DNA of 64,000 nt from Methanomassiliicoccaceae archaeon (GTDB lineage Archaea; Thermoplasmatota; Thermoplasmata; Methanomassiliicoccales; Methanomassiliicoccaceae): assembly GCA_963728405.1 (NCBI GenBank), contig CAVSJV010000007.1, positions 128,001 through 192,000 of the forward strand, read 5' to 3'. Positions 31,251 to 39,671 of this stretch are shown here, piece after piece. Under the pieces are notes generated by a model, which searched no databases, was not told the origin of the DNA, and was given only the letters and a program-made list of their open reading frames with translations. Each line of letters begins with the position of its first letter. The first letter of the stretch is position 1. The translations under genes and the position numbers were made by a program.

Positions 31251-31766
31251 TTATCCTAATTTTCGGTTCAGATGCCAGATCGAAGCGTTGAGCGCCGCGG
31301 CGATGCTGACCCAAGCGATATAGGGGAGGAGGAGCAAGGCCGCGTTCGCGGAAACGTTCCAGAACGCCGCGATAGTGACGGCGATGCAGGTCCACAACAG
31401 GGCGATCTCAGCCAGACCCAGGCGGGGAGAACGTCTCGCGAAGAAGAAGTAGTTCCAGACGATGTTCAGGACCAGCTGGATGGCGAAAACGATCAACGGT
31501 ATGGTCACATCCTGACCGCTCGATCCTCGCTCGATCACCAGGAATAGGGAGAATCCCATCAGTGCGAACAGGATGGTCCAGATCACTCCGATCAGGTATC
31601 CGGGCGGGGTGAACGAAGGCTTGCGGAGGGAATCGAACCAGGTGAGCCCCCTCCGGGTCCACACCGAGCCGATCACCCCGGCCGCCTCGCAAAGGGCGAC
31701 GCAGACGATCAACAGAATGGCGGCAGAGGCGAGGTCCACGCTACCGACACCCCGACCGGCCCTCAT
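31251..31766 (-). CDS. tspO: TspO/MBR tryptophan-rich sensory protein
   Basis: WFDSLRKPSFTPP, QLVLNIVW..FF, LLPYIAW..A..LN. Confidence 0.9.
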   Translation of the reverse strand: MRAGRGVGSVDLASAAILLIVCVALCEAAGVIGSVWTRRGLTWFDSLRKPSFTPPGYLIGVIWTILFALMGFSLFLVIERGSSGQDVTIPLIVFAIQLVLNIVWNYFFFARRSPRLGLAEIALLWTCIAVTIAAFWNVSANAALLLLPYIAWVSIAAALNASIWHLNRKLG

Positions 31767-32703
31767 ACTGGCACGCGATCTTCCTTATGATCTCCTGGGT
31801 CTCCAAAGGCGGTCCGGTGGTGTTGACCATGTGCACCTCGCACTCCTCCAGGAAGCTGCGATAGAACCTGGCTCGGAGGTCGACCTTGCGCTTGTCGCTG
31901 ACCAGTTGATGAGGATTGCAGAAGTTGTTCGCGGAGAGGTAATCCATCGCCTCTTCGGTGTCCATCCGTCTCACGATCCTCTTGTCCTCCGCGTCGCGCT
32001 TGAGAAGGATGACCTTGTACATAGTGGTCAGCGGCACCACTCCTCCCTGCCCTATCGTCCAGCGGACGTTGACGATGGCACGACCCCTGTTATCCAAGTG
32101 GGCTTTGTCCACCAGCCCCTGGTATTCGGGCCAGATGCTGGCGATGTCCCCTTCCACGTAGAAGTTCTTCTCTGAGCCGTAGGCCAGAGGCCGCTTGCTG
32201 GACAAGCGGACGAAGTACCAGTCATCGGTGACCAGCCGAGCGTCCTGCATGCGCAGCAGGCCCCAGGAGTGGGTGGTCTTCCCGCTCTTGGAAGGGGCGA
32301 TGAGCGAGATCCCCTTGCCGGCCACGTCCAACGCCGCGCCGTGCACCGAGTAGATGCGGTGCTGGTCTTCCAGGATATCGCTGGCCAGGGCGAGGGCGAT
32401 GCTCTTGATCCAGCCGTAGTAGTCGATGTTGAACAGGAATGCCGTGCGAGTGAGGGGATCGTACTTGACCACCACCCGCTGCTCCGGATCGTTGAGCACT
32501 ATCAGCCGGCCGTGGGACCGGACGCTCTCCGACATGCTGTAGAAGTTGTTCTCCCAGATCTGGTTCGTCCTCTCTTGGTCAGTGAGCAGGCGAATGCAGG
32601 TTCCATGCAGCTCGCACTTGGCAGTGTAGAGATACCGACTCTCGTAGCGGGTGAACAGTTCGCTGCTCTCTTCAGGGCTGATGAGCTCGATCTCATAGGG
32701 CAT
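31741..32703 (-). CDS. HPr kinase/PEPCK-like P-loop protein
   Basis: HGAALDV..G..APSKSGKTT, LVTDDW. Confidence 0.7.
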   Translation of the reverse strand: MPYEIELISPEESSELFTRYESRYLYTAKCELHGTCIRLLTDQERTNQIWENNFYSMSESVRSHGRLIVLNDPEQRVVVKYDPLTRTAFLFNIDYYGWIKSIALALASDILEDQHRIYSVHGAALDVAGKGISLIAPSKSGKTTHSWGLLRMQDARLVTDDWYFVRLSSKRPLAYGSEKNFYVEGDIASIWPEYQGLVDKAHLDNRGRAIVNVRWTIGQGGVVPLTTMYKVILLKRDAEDKRIVRRMDTEEAMDYLSANNFCNPHQLVSDKRKVDLRARFYRSFLEECEVHMVNTTGPPLETQEIIRKIACQYEGRSGCR

Positions 32704-32939
32704 GGTCGGACCAGATTGGTAGATGGTATCGAGCCTATAAATCCGAGCGTCCTCCCATCTCTACCATTTCATTAGGTCTCTCGGGGCCACGATCGCAGGT
32801 GCGCTGATCGCCGCGCCACTGCCCCGATCATACGCAATGAGCGATCATCGTCACTACGCTCTTTGGGGTGCTGGTGATTAACCTAATGCCTTCGGTGGTG
32901 TTTCAAGATATATTAGATAAAAAGGATGCTGGCCGCCGT

Positions 32940-34520
32940 TCAACGGCCGTTGCCGTTAGCGGCCCTCATCAGCTTGTACTCCATGCTGTCCAGCAGCGCG
33001 ACGAGCGACGCCTCGATGACGTTGGTGGATACGCCCACGGTCGTCCAGGACTCCTCCCCGTCGGTCGATCGGATGAGCACCCGGACCTTCGCCCCGGTCG
33101 CATCCTTGCTGTCGATGACCCGGACCTTATAGTCCGCGAGCCGGACCTCGCGAAGTTCTGGGTAGAAGCGTTCCAGCGCCTTCCGGACCGCCCGGTCCAG
33201 CGCGTTGACCGGACCATTGCCGTTGGCCGCGGTGTGCTCCATCACTCCTTTGGAATCGACCACCTTGATGCTCGCCTCCGAGGAGACGTTGTTGCCGGTC
33301 ACATCGACGAAGATACGGAAGCCTTCCAGCCGGAAGGGTGGCTTGATGTCATCACGGAGGCGGCGGACCAACAGCTCGAACGAGGCGTCAGCGCCCTCGA
33401 ACTGGTACCCCTCCGATTCCATGTGCTTCAACTTGTCCAGGATCTTCTTTCCCGACTCCTTCTCGGTATCGATCCCGAACTCCTTCATCTTGGCCATGAT
33501 GGAGGCAGTGCCCGCCAGTTCCGAGGTCAGCACCCGGCGCTCATTGCCTACAAGGCTGGGGCTGATGTGCTCGTATGTCTTCTCGTCCTTCATCATGGCA
33601 TTGACGTGTATGCCGGCCTTGTGGGCGAACGCGCTCTTGCCGACGTACGGTAGCTTGGGATCAGCGATGATGTTGGCGGTCTCGCTGACGAACGTGGACA
33701 ACGCGGTGAGGTGGGTGAGGTCCGGTATGCTCAGTTTCCGCCCCATCTTGAACATTAAGGCTGGTGCTACGGAGCATAGGTTGGCGTTGCCACACCTCTC
33801 CCCCAGCCCGTTGATGGTTCCCTGGACCATGGTCGCCCCGCACTCCACGGCCATCAGGGAGTTGGCGACAGCCAGGTCCGAATCGTTGTGGGCGTGGACG
33901 CCTAGAGGCAGGTCGAAGCGTTCGACCACTGACTTGAACGCCGTTTCCACTTCCTTCGGCAACGAACCGCCATTGGTGTCGCACAGCACCAGCCAGTCCG
34001 CTCCCGCCTTACAGGCTGCTTCCAGCGTGCTCATGGCGTACTCGGGGGAGGCCTTGTAGCCATCGAAGAAATGCTCCGCATCGTACACCACCTCGAGGCC
34101 GTGGGTCTTGAGGAACGATACGCTGTCGGCTATGAGCTCCAGATTCTCCTCAAGCGGTATCTTCAAGGCGTTCTTGACATGGCGGTCCCAGCTCTTGCCG
34201 AAGATGGCCACGCAGGGCGCTTTTGAACCCACCAGCGACAGAAGGTTAGCATCCTCTGAAGCGTCCACCCCGGCCTTGCGGGTGCTGCCGAAGGCGACCA
34301 GTTGGGCGTGCTCGAACTGAACGCGGGACGCTGCTTCGAAGAAGGCCACATCCTTGGGGTTCGATCCGGGCCAGCCGCCCTCGATGAAGTCCATACCGAA
34401 CTGATCGAGCCTTTTGGCGATGTCCAGTTTATCCTCGGTGGAGAAAGATACACCCTCCGATTGGGTGCCATCTCTAAGCGTCGTGTCGTATAGCGCGACT
34501 TTACCCGCTAATAAATACAT
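32940..34520 (-). CDS. cimA: Citramalate synthase
   Basis: DTTLRDG, GGWPGSNPKD, YDAEHFFDG, HAHND, GNGPVNALD. Confidence 0.9.
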   Translation of the reverse strand: MYLLAGKVALYDTTLRDGTQSEGVSFSTEDKLDIAKRLDQFGMDFIEGGWPGSNPKDVAFFEAASRVQFEHAQLVAFGSTRKAGVDASEDANLLSLVGSKAPCVAIFGKSWDRHVKNALKIPLEENLELIADSVSFLKTHGLEVVYDAEHFFDGYKASPEYAMSTLEAACKAGADWLVLCDTNGGSLPKEVETAFKSVVERFDLPLGVHAHNDSDLAVANSLMAVECGATMVQGTINGLGERCGNANLCSVAPALMFKMGRKLSIPDLTHLTALSTFVSETANIIADPKLPYVGKSAFAHKAGIHVNAMMKDEKTYEHISPSLVGNERRVLTSELAGTASIMAKMKEFGIDTEKESGKKILDKLKHMESEGYQFEGADASFELLVRRLRDDIKPPFRLEGFRIFVDVTGNNVSSEASIKVVDSKGVMEHTAANGNGPVNALDRAVRKALERFYPELREVRLADYKVRVIDSKDATGAKVRVLIRSTDGEESWTTVGVSTNVIEASLVALLDSMEYKLMRAANGNGR

Positions 34521-34600
34521 CCCTTTCTGCGTCCTTCATAGATAACTACTCCGAGACAGTCAAGGCATATTGCGGGAATGATATAAAAGAACGCTTTGTT

Positions 34601-35614
34601 TCATCGTTCTTTGGCCTGGTCCTCGTTCATGATCGCCAGCAGGTCGCTAAGCATGGCGCTTGCCGTCTCCTTGCGTCCCGCACCCCGCCCGACCACGGTG
34701 ATCTCTCCGGCCAGGTCCGTGATCAGCTGCACGATGTTCAGCGTGCCGCCGATCGACAGCGGGTGGCCGGCCGGCACCATTCTCGGCGATACCTCCAGTT
34801 TATTGTTGTTGATCTCGCCGATCAGCCGGATGACCTTCTTCTGCTCCGCCGCCATGGCGATGGCGTCCTCGGTTATGTTCCGGATGCCGGTCCTCAGGAC
34901 GTCGCTGTAGGTGACGTCCATGTTGAAGATGGCATTGGCCAGGATGGCGAGCTTGCACGCTGAATCGACCCCGTCGATGTCGTAGGACGGGTCCCTCTCA
35001 GCTATGCCCATCTCCTGCGCCTCCCGTAACGCCTGGTCGAACGGCAATCCCTCATCCTTCATGCGATTGAGGATGAAGTTGCAGGTGCCGTTCAGTATGC
35101 CCCGAAGCGAGTAGATCTGCTCGCCCCTGAGCAGCTCGCGGGAGAGGTTGATGACCGGCATTGCTCCGCCCACCGAAGCCTCGTACCTCAGTTGGACCTT
35201 GTTCCTCGCCGCCGCTTGGGAGAGCTCGCGGAACTTCAATGCGAGCGGCCCCTTGTTCGATGTGACCACGTTCTTGCCGGCGTTGAGCGCGGCCATTATG
35301 TACGAATAACCTGGTTCGGCGTCCACGATGTTGGTCGGCGTCGTCTCTATGAGCGTATCGAAGTCATAATTCTCGATGAACTCCTTGACGGTGCCCTCCA
35401 CCGCCTTCGTGCCCACGCTCCCGGTGGCGATCTTGCGGGAGACCAGTTCTACAGGGTCCAGGCCCTTGGCTTCCTTGATGAAGGTGCTCGAATCGAACGC
35501 TCCGACGATGGTGACCTTCTGCCCGAAGCTCCTGGCGAACAGCTCCTGTCGCTGCCCGATCACTTCGGCGATGCCCTGCCCCACCGTTCCGAAACCAGCG
35601 ATGACGACCTTCAC
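34601..35614 (-). CDS. hom: Homoserine dehydrogenase
   Basis: GFGTVG, SNKGP, EASVGGAMP, GILNGT, GAGRKETA. Confidence 0.95.
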   Translation of the reverse strand: MKVVIAGFGTVGQGIAEVIGQRQELFARSFGQKVTIVGAFDSSTFIKEAKGLDPVELVSRKIATGSVGTKAVEGTVKEFIENYDFDTLIETTPTNIVDAEPGYSYIMAALNAGKNVVTSNKGPLALKFRELSQAAARNKVQLRYEASVGGAMPVINLSRELLRGEQIYSLRGILNGTCNFILNRMKDEGLPFDQALREAQEMGIAERDPSYDIDGVDSACKLAILANAIFNMDVTYSDVLRTGIRNITEDAIAMAAEQKKVIRLIGEINNNKLEVSPRMVPAGHPLSIGGTLNIVQLITDLAGEITVVGRGAGRKETASAMLSDLLAIMNEDQAKER

Positions 35615-36109
35615 TTAATCAAGCCCCCTGATGAGGATGTAATCGTTCTTCTCCGCCCGCAGCTGGAAGAAGTTGTCGAGAGCGGCGATAGCTTCCTTCT
35701 TCGACGCCTTCCCGGTCACCAGGGCGGCGCGGGAGCTTGAATTGGCCGAGCCGGAGTACCGGATCTCGATGGACGCGATGTTCTCCATGGACTCGAGCCC
35801 TTTGGTGATGCTTTCCAGCTCCTTCGAGGTGATGTGGCCGACGATCAGGTACTGGATGGGATAGGTCTCGAAGAACGCGTCGATCTTGGCAACGTCCACC
35901 TCCCGCTGCTTCCAGGTGCTCAGGATCTTATCCAGCGCCTGCTCCGAACGGACCTCGAAAGTGACGTTGACCGCGATCCTCCCACCGACCTTCACATCGT
36001 GGTGGTGCACGACCCCCCTGATATTGCCGTCGTTCGCGGATATCGGCTCCAGGGCGCCCACTAGCTGTCCCGGAATGTCCTTTAGTCGCAGGTCCACGTT
36101 CACCTTCAT
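35615..36109 (-). CDS. ACT-domain allosteric subunit associated with hom
   Basis: LKDIPGQL..L.PIS...GNI; directly upstream of hom. Confidence 0.8.
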   Translation of the reverse strand: MKVNVDLRLKDIPGQLVGALEPISANDGNIRGVVHHHDVKVGGRIAVNVTFEVRSEQALDKILSTWKQREVDVAKIDAFFETYPIQYLIVGHITSKELESITKGLESMENIASIEIRYSGSANSSSRAALVTGKASKKEAIAALDNFFQLRAEKNDYILIRGLD

Positions 36110-36205
36110 GCTAAAACCTCGTCGTCCTTTCCGACCTGACGGTATTCGGCGTATATGATACTTGATAAAATCGCGGCACGGGCCGCTTAGAAAGATGGTG
36201 GTGAG

Positions 36206-36289
36206 CGCCGAGGGGGAGATTTGAACTCCCGAGTCCTTGCGGACACAAGCTTTCCAGGCTTGCGCCTTACCGGTCTGGGCCACCTCGGC
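36206..36289 (-). tRNA. tRNA-Ser(GGA)
   Basis: Acceptor GCCGAGG/CCTCGGC, anticodon loop CTGGAAA, long variable arm. Confidence 0.93.
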
Positions 36290-36748
36290 CTAGTTTTGCT
36301 CCTAACCGCGATATGCAATTTAAAGATGTCGGGTTGGAACTGCTGTCTCCTTCTCCAGAATGGAACATGCGCCGACCTACTAATGTGTTCCACGGTCGAT
36401 ACACTTTCGCTCTCTGCGAAGGATGCCACACATGAACAGGAGGGTTTCACTTTCGCCCACCTCCGAGGCAAAGGGAGTTGAGGATGGGAACGAGTGAGCG
36501 AACGGAGGGAAACAATGGCCCGTTCCAGTGGTAGGGAGTGCGTGTTGGATGGAGCTAGGAAGGAGTATCCCCGCTCTGAGGGCGGGGAACAATGTTCTGG
36601 AACTGGAGAACGTAAAAAAATCATGGTGAACGATGGTGACAAGGTCGAAGATGGCGGGGGCGCGATGCTCCCGTGCGCTGACATGACCTGCCCCTGTAGG
36701 GTCCTCAAAAAGCGTTAGCTAAGGTACTGGCAGGATGGTCCTTAGGAC

Positions 36749-37525
36749 TCAGTACGGTAGCGAATCCCTCACCGTTGGTCTGGCCCGGCGCGCCGCTCTC
36801 ACTTCGTCAAGGGATAGCTCTATCACCGAGAGGTCCTCTTCGAAGTATTTGTTCTTGACCAGCTGGTTGCCCCTCGGACCGCAGGCCTCTCCGCCGCCGA
36901 AGAACACCTGGTTCAGCTGGGTGCCGACCTGGTTGACGTAGGCAACATAGGTGGTGTTCTCGATCGCTCTTGCCGGGATCAGGCGTTCAAAGAACTCCCG
37001 GGAGGTGGCCGGGGATGCCGATATGCATATCACGGCCTCCGCGCCGGCCAGGGCGTAGGACTTCGCGAGCTCGGGGAAGAACAGGTCATAGCAGATGACC
37101 GCTCCGATCTTGTGTCCTTCTACTTCCATAAGGGTGCCGACCGTCCCCGCACCGAAGTAGAAACCCTCCTCGAACGGGCCGAAGTTGGCCAGGTTCACCT
37201 TATCATAGCGCTGCAGGACCTCGTTCGGAGAGACCAGGACCGCACTGTTACGCACCACTCCCGGCACCCCATCGTCCCACGCGGGCATGCCGAAAAGGAC
37301 ATGCGCCCCCTGCTCGTCCGCCAGCTGCTGCACCGCCTTGACGCTCTTGCCGTCCAGGCCCTCAGCTAGGCGGAACACCTCGTCCCGGATCATGTATCCG
37401 GTCAGGAACAGCTCCGGGAAGACGTACAGGTCGGCCTTGCCGTTCTCCACGACCTTCCTCATCCGGGCGAGGTTCTCCTTCTTGTCTCCAAGGGCACAGG
37501 GTACCTGAGCTAGGGCGATGCGCAT
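36749..37525 (-). CDS. Carbon-nitrogen hydrolase (nitrilase family)
   Basis: FPELF, YDK, ICYD catalytic triad, RAIEN. Confidence 0.9.
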   Translation of the reverse strand: MRIALAQVPCALGDKKENLARMRKVVENGKADLYVFPELFLTGYMIRDEVFRLAEGLDGKSVKAVQQLADEQGAHVLFGMPAWDDGVPGVVRNSAVLVSPNEVLQRYDKVNLANFGPFEEGFYFGAGTVGTLMEVEGHKIGAVICYDLFFPELAKSYALAGAEAVICISASPATSREFFERLIPARAIENTTYVAYVNQVGTQLNQVFFGGGEACGPRGNQLVKNKYFEEDLSVIELSLDEVRAARRARPTVRDSLPY

Positions 37526-37591
37526 GATCCTACCTTCTCGCCCGACATCAGTAAGGTAACTGATAAAAGAGAGTACCCTTATTTCATCCGC

Positions 37592-38392
37592 ATGAGGCCG
37601 CAGCTCAAGGACTATGCCTACCCCGCGATCAAGAATTTCATACGGCAGAAGGTCAATGAATGCGGAGGAACGGGCGTGGTCATCGGCCTGAGCGGGGGCA
37701 TCGACTCGGCCACGGTGTCCAAACTGTGCGCCGACGCCATCGGGCCGGAGAAGGTGTTGAACATCTTCATGCCTGCCCAGACCTCATCAAAAAAGGACCG
37801 CCAGGATGCCGAGGACTTCTGCCGTCAGTTCGGAATGGGGCTCCTGGTCGTGGACATCGGGCCGGCAGTACAGGCCTACGCTTCAATGTTGCCGTCCATG
37901 GACAATAAGGAGTTTGCCGGCAACACCATGGCGCGTTCACGCATGATCGTCCTCTACCACCACGCCCGACTGCTTGGCCGCGCCGTCATGGGCACCAGCA
38001 ACAAGAGCGAGTTGCTGACTGGCTACTTCACCAAGTTCGGGGATGGTGGCGTGGACTTCTGCCCAATCGGCGATCTATACAAGACCGAGGTGCGTCAGCT
38101 CGCCGAGCAGATCGGCGTCACCAGGGCGATCATCGACAAGGTGCCCTCGGCGGGGCTGTGGGACGGTCAAACCGACGAGGGAGAGATGGGAATCACCTAC
38201 GAGAAACTGGACCAGGTTTTGCTCGGCCTTGAACGCTCCCTTAGCAATGAGGCGGTGGCCGCGGAGACAGGGGTCCCGCTCGATAAGGTGGACAGGGTCT
38301 GGAACATGTACAGATGCAGCGTCCACAAGCGTAAGACGCCCTTGATACCGAAGTTGGGCTTGAGAACCTTAGGGCTTGACTGGAGAGAGTGA
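37592..38392 (+). CDS. nadE: NAD+ synthetase (single domain)
   Basis: GLSGGIDS, GYFTKFGDG, PSAGLWDGQTDE. Confidence 0.95.
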   Translation: MRPQLKDYAYPAIKNFIRQKVNECGGTGVVIGLSGGIDSATVSKLCADAIGPEKVLNIFMPAQTSSKKDRQDAEDFCRQFGMGLLVVDIGPAVQAYASMLPSMDNKEFAGNTMARSRMIVLYHHARLLGRAVMGTSNKSELLTGYFTKFGDGGVDFCPIGDLYKTEVRQLAEQIGVTRAIIDKVPSAGLWDGQTDEGEMGITYEKLDQVLLGLERSLSNEAVAAETGVPLDKVDRVWNMYRCSVHKRKTPLIPKLGLRTLGLDWRE

Positions 38393-38872
38393 GCCGCTAC
38401 CCTCCAGTACTTTGATGAGAGCGCCAGGCTCCTCGACATCGAACACGATTCGGTCGGCCCTCTTGCCGAGGGCCCATCCAAAGGTATGCTTCTTCAGCAG
38501 CTCGACCTCGATAAGGTCCGTGCGCCGGGTGGTGACGAACAGCGTGGAGGTCAGCAACCTGAAGAACACTCCGGTCCTTGCCGGCCCCTTGAGCAGGCGA
38601 TTGACCTTTCGTATCTCCCGGAGAGGGACCTGGGCCTTGAAGTACCAGCCCTGCCTGAGCACAAGTACACCGTCCTGGACCTCGTGCTCGGTGAACAGCG
38701 GTGACACCCCCAGCACCAGGAAGAGCGCCAGCTCCAGCAGGAGGATGACCGCAAGGTACACAAGGTCTATGTCGGTCATGAGCAGTATGAACGAGGTCAG
38801 CACGATCAGCGCCCCTAAGAATGCCAAGTTGACAAAGAACGATCTCTTGGAGTAGGCGAACGACCTCTGCAT
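38369..38872 (-). CDS. Membrane protein with a PH-like soluble domain
   Basis: Two TM helices followed by a beta-rich domain. Confidence 0.65.
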   Translation of the reverse strand: MQRSFAYSKRSFFVNLAFLGALIVLTSFILLMTDIDLVYLAVILLLELALFLVLGVSPLFTEHEVQDGVLVLRQGWYFKAQVPLREIRKVNRLLKGPARTGVFFRLLTSTLFVTTRRTDLIEVELLKKHTFGWALGKRADRIVFDVEEPGALIKVLEGSGSLSPVKP

Positions 38873-38985
38873 GACGGGGGTATTATCGTTAGGCCGATAT
38901 CCAATTTTCCAATGCTAGTGAACAACGGGCGGCTGGTGTGGAATGGAAAGATTTAATTAAGACTTCCTTATTTGGCAACCAGTAC

Positions 38986-39058
38986 GCTCCCGTAGTGTAG
39001 CGGCCAATCATGAAGCCCTCTCGAGGCTTCGACTCGGGTTCAAATCCCGACGGGAGCA
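38986..39058 (+). tRNA. tRNA-Glu(CTC); integration target
   Basis: Acceptor GCTCCCG/CGGGAGC, anticodon loop CTCTCGA; TTTAATTAA upstream. Confidence 0.95.
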
Positions 39059-39249
39059 CTTCACTTTTATCCAGATAAGCGGTTTCCAGACTCAATTCGG
39101 GCGTTTTTGGCGAAATTGACATCTGGTTGACCCCTTATTTGACCACAAGTGGTACAAAGCGCTTATTCGAGGAACGAAGAATTATCAAGCTTTTCCATCC
39201 TTTTTTATTCGCACACCACTCTTTATCTCACTAACACATGCGCTTTTAG

Positions 39250-39600
39250 GGAAATCTAATTGCATGTCCGAGGTGCCCACGAACAGGGGGACCATGTCGA
39301 CGCCGGCGTCCACTGCCGCGTCGATGTCGCCCTTCGTCACCCTGGACAGCGCCAGGATGTCGGCGTTGAGACCCGCTCGGAGATGTCCTTGATCGTCCTG
39401 ACCTCGTTCTCCGACACCGCTGGGAAGCCCGCCTCGATCCGGTGCACGCGAGCCTAGTCCAGTATCTGGGCGATGGAGATCTTCTGCTCCCTGGAGAACG
39501 CCACCCCGGGGGTCTGTTCGCCGTCGCGGAGGGTCGAGTCGTAAACCATGACCTCGGACGCCCTGATGGCAGGGTTGTAAGGGCTCAGCGCCACCTTGTC
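39250..39600 (-). pseudogene. N-terminal fragment of homocitrate/isopropylmalate synthase family gene
   Basis: [27 protein letters not shown] with in-frame TAG, a frameshift and truncation. Confidence 0.8.
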
Positions 39601-39671
39601 CACGGGCGGTCAAAAGAATGAGCTCGATTAAACTGTTTTCAATATCCTTCGTAACGAATAAAGAAGGGCAA

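Noticed and set aside
36110-36283. N-terminal extension of the ACT-domain ORF
   Set aside because: Overlaps tRNA-Ser; the real start is the ATG at 36109
39450-39460. In-frame TAG as a pyrrolysine codon
   Set aside because: The same fragment also has a frameshift and truncation, so it is a pseudogene; TAG also serves as an ordinary stop for several genes in the window
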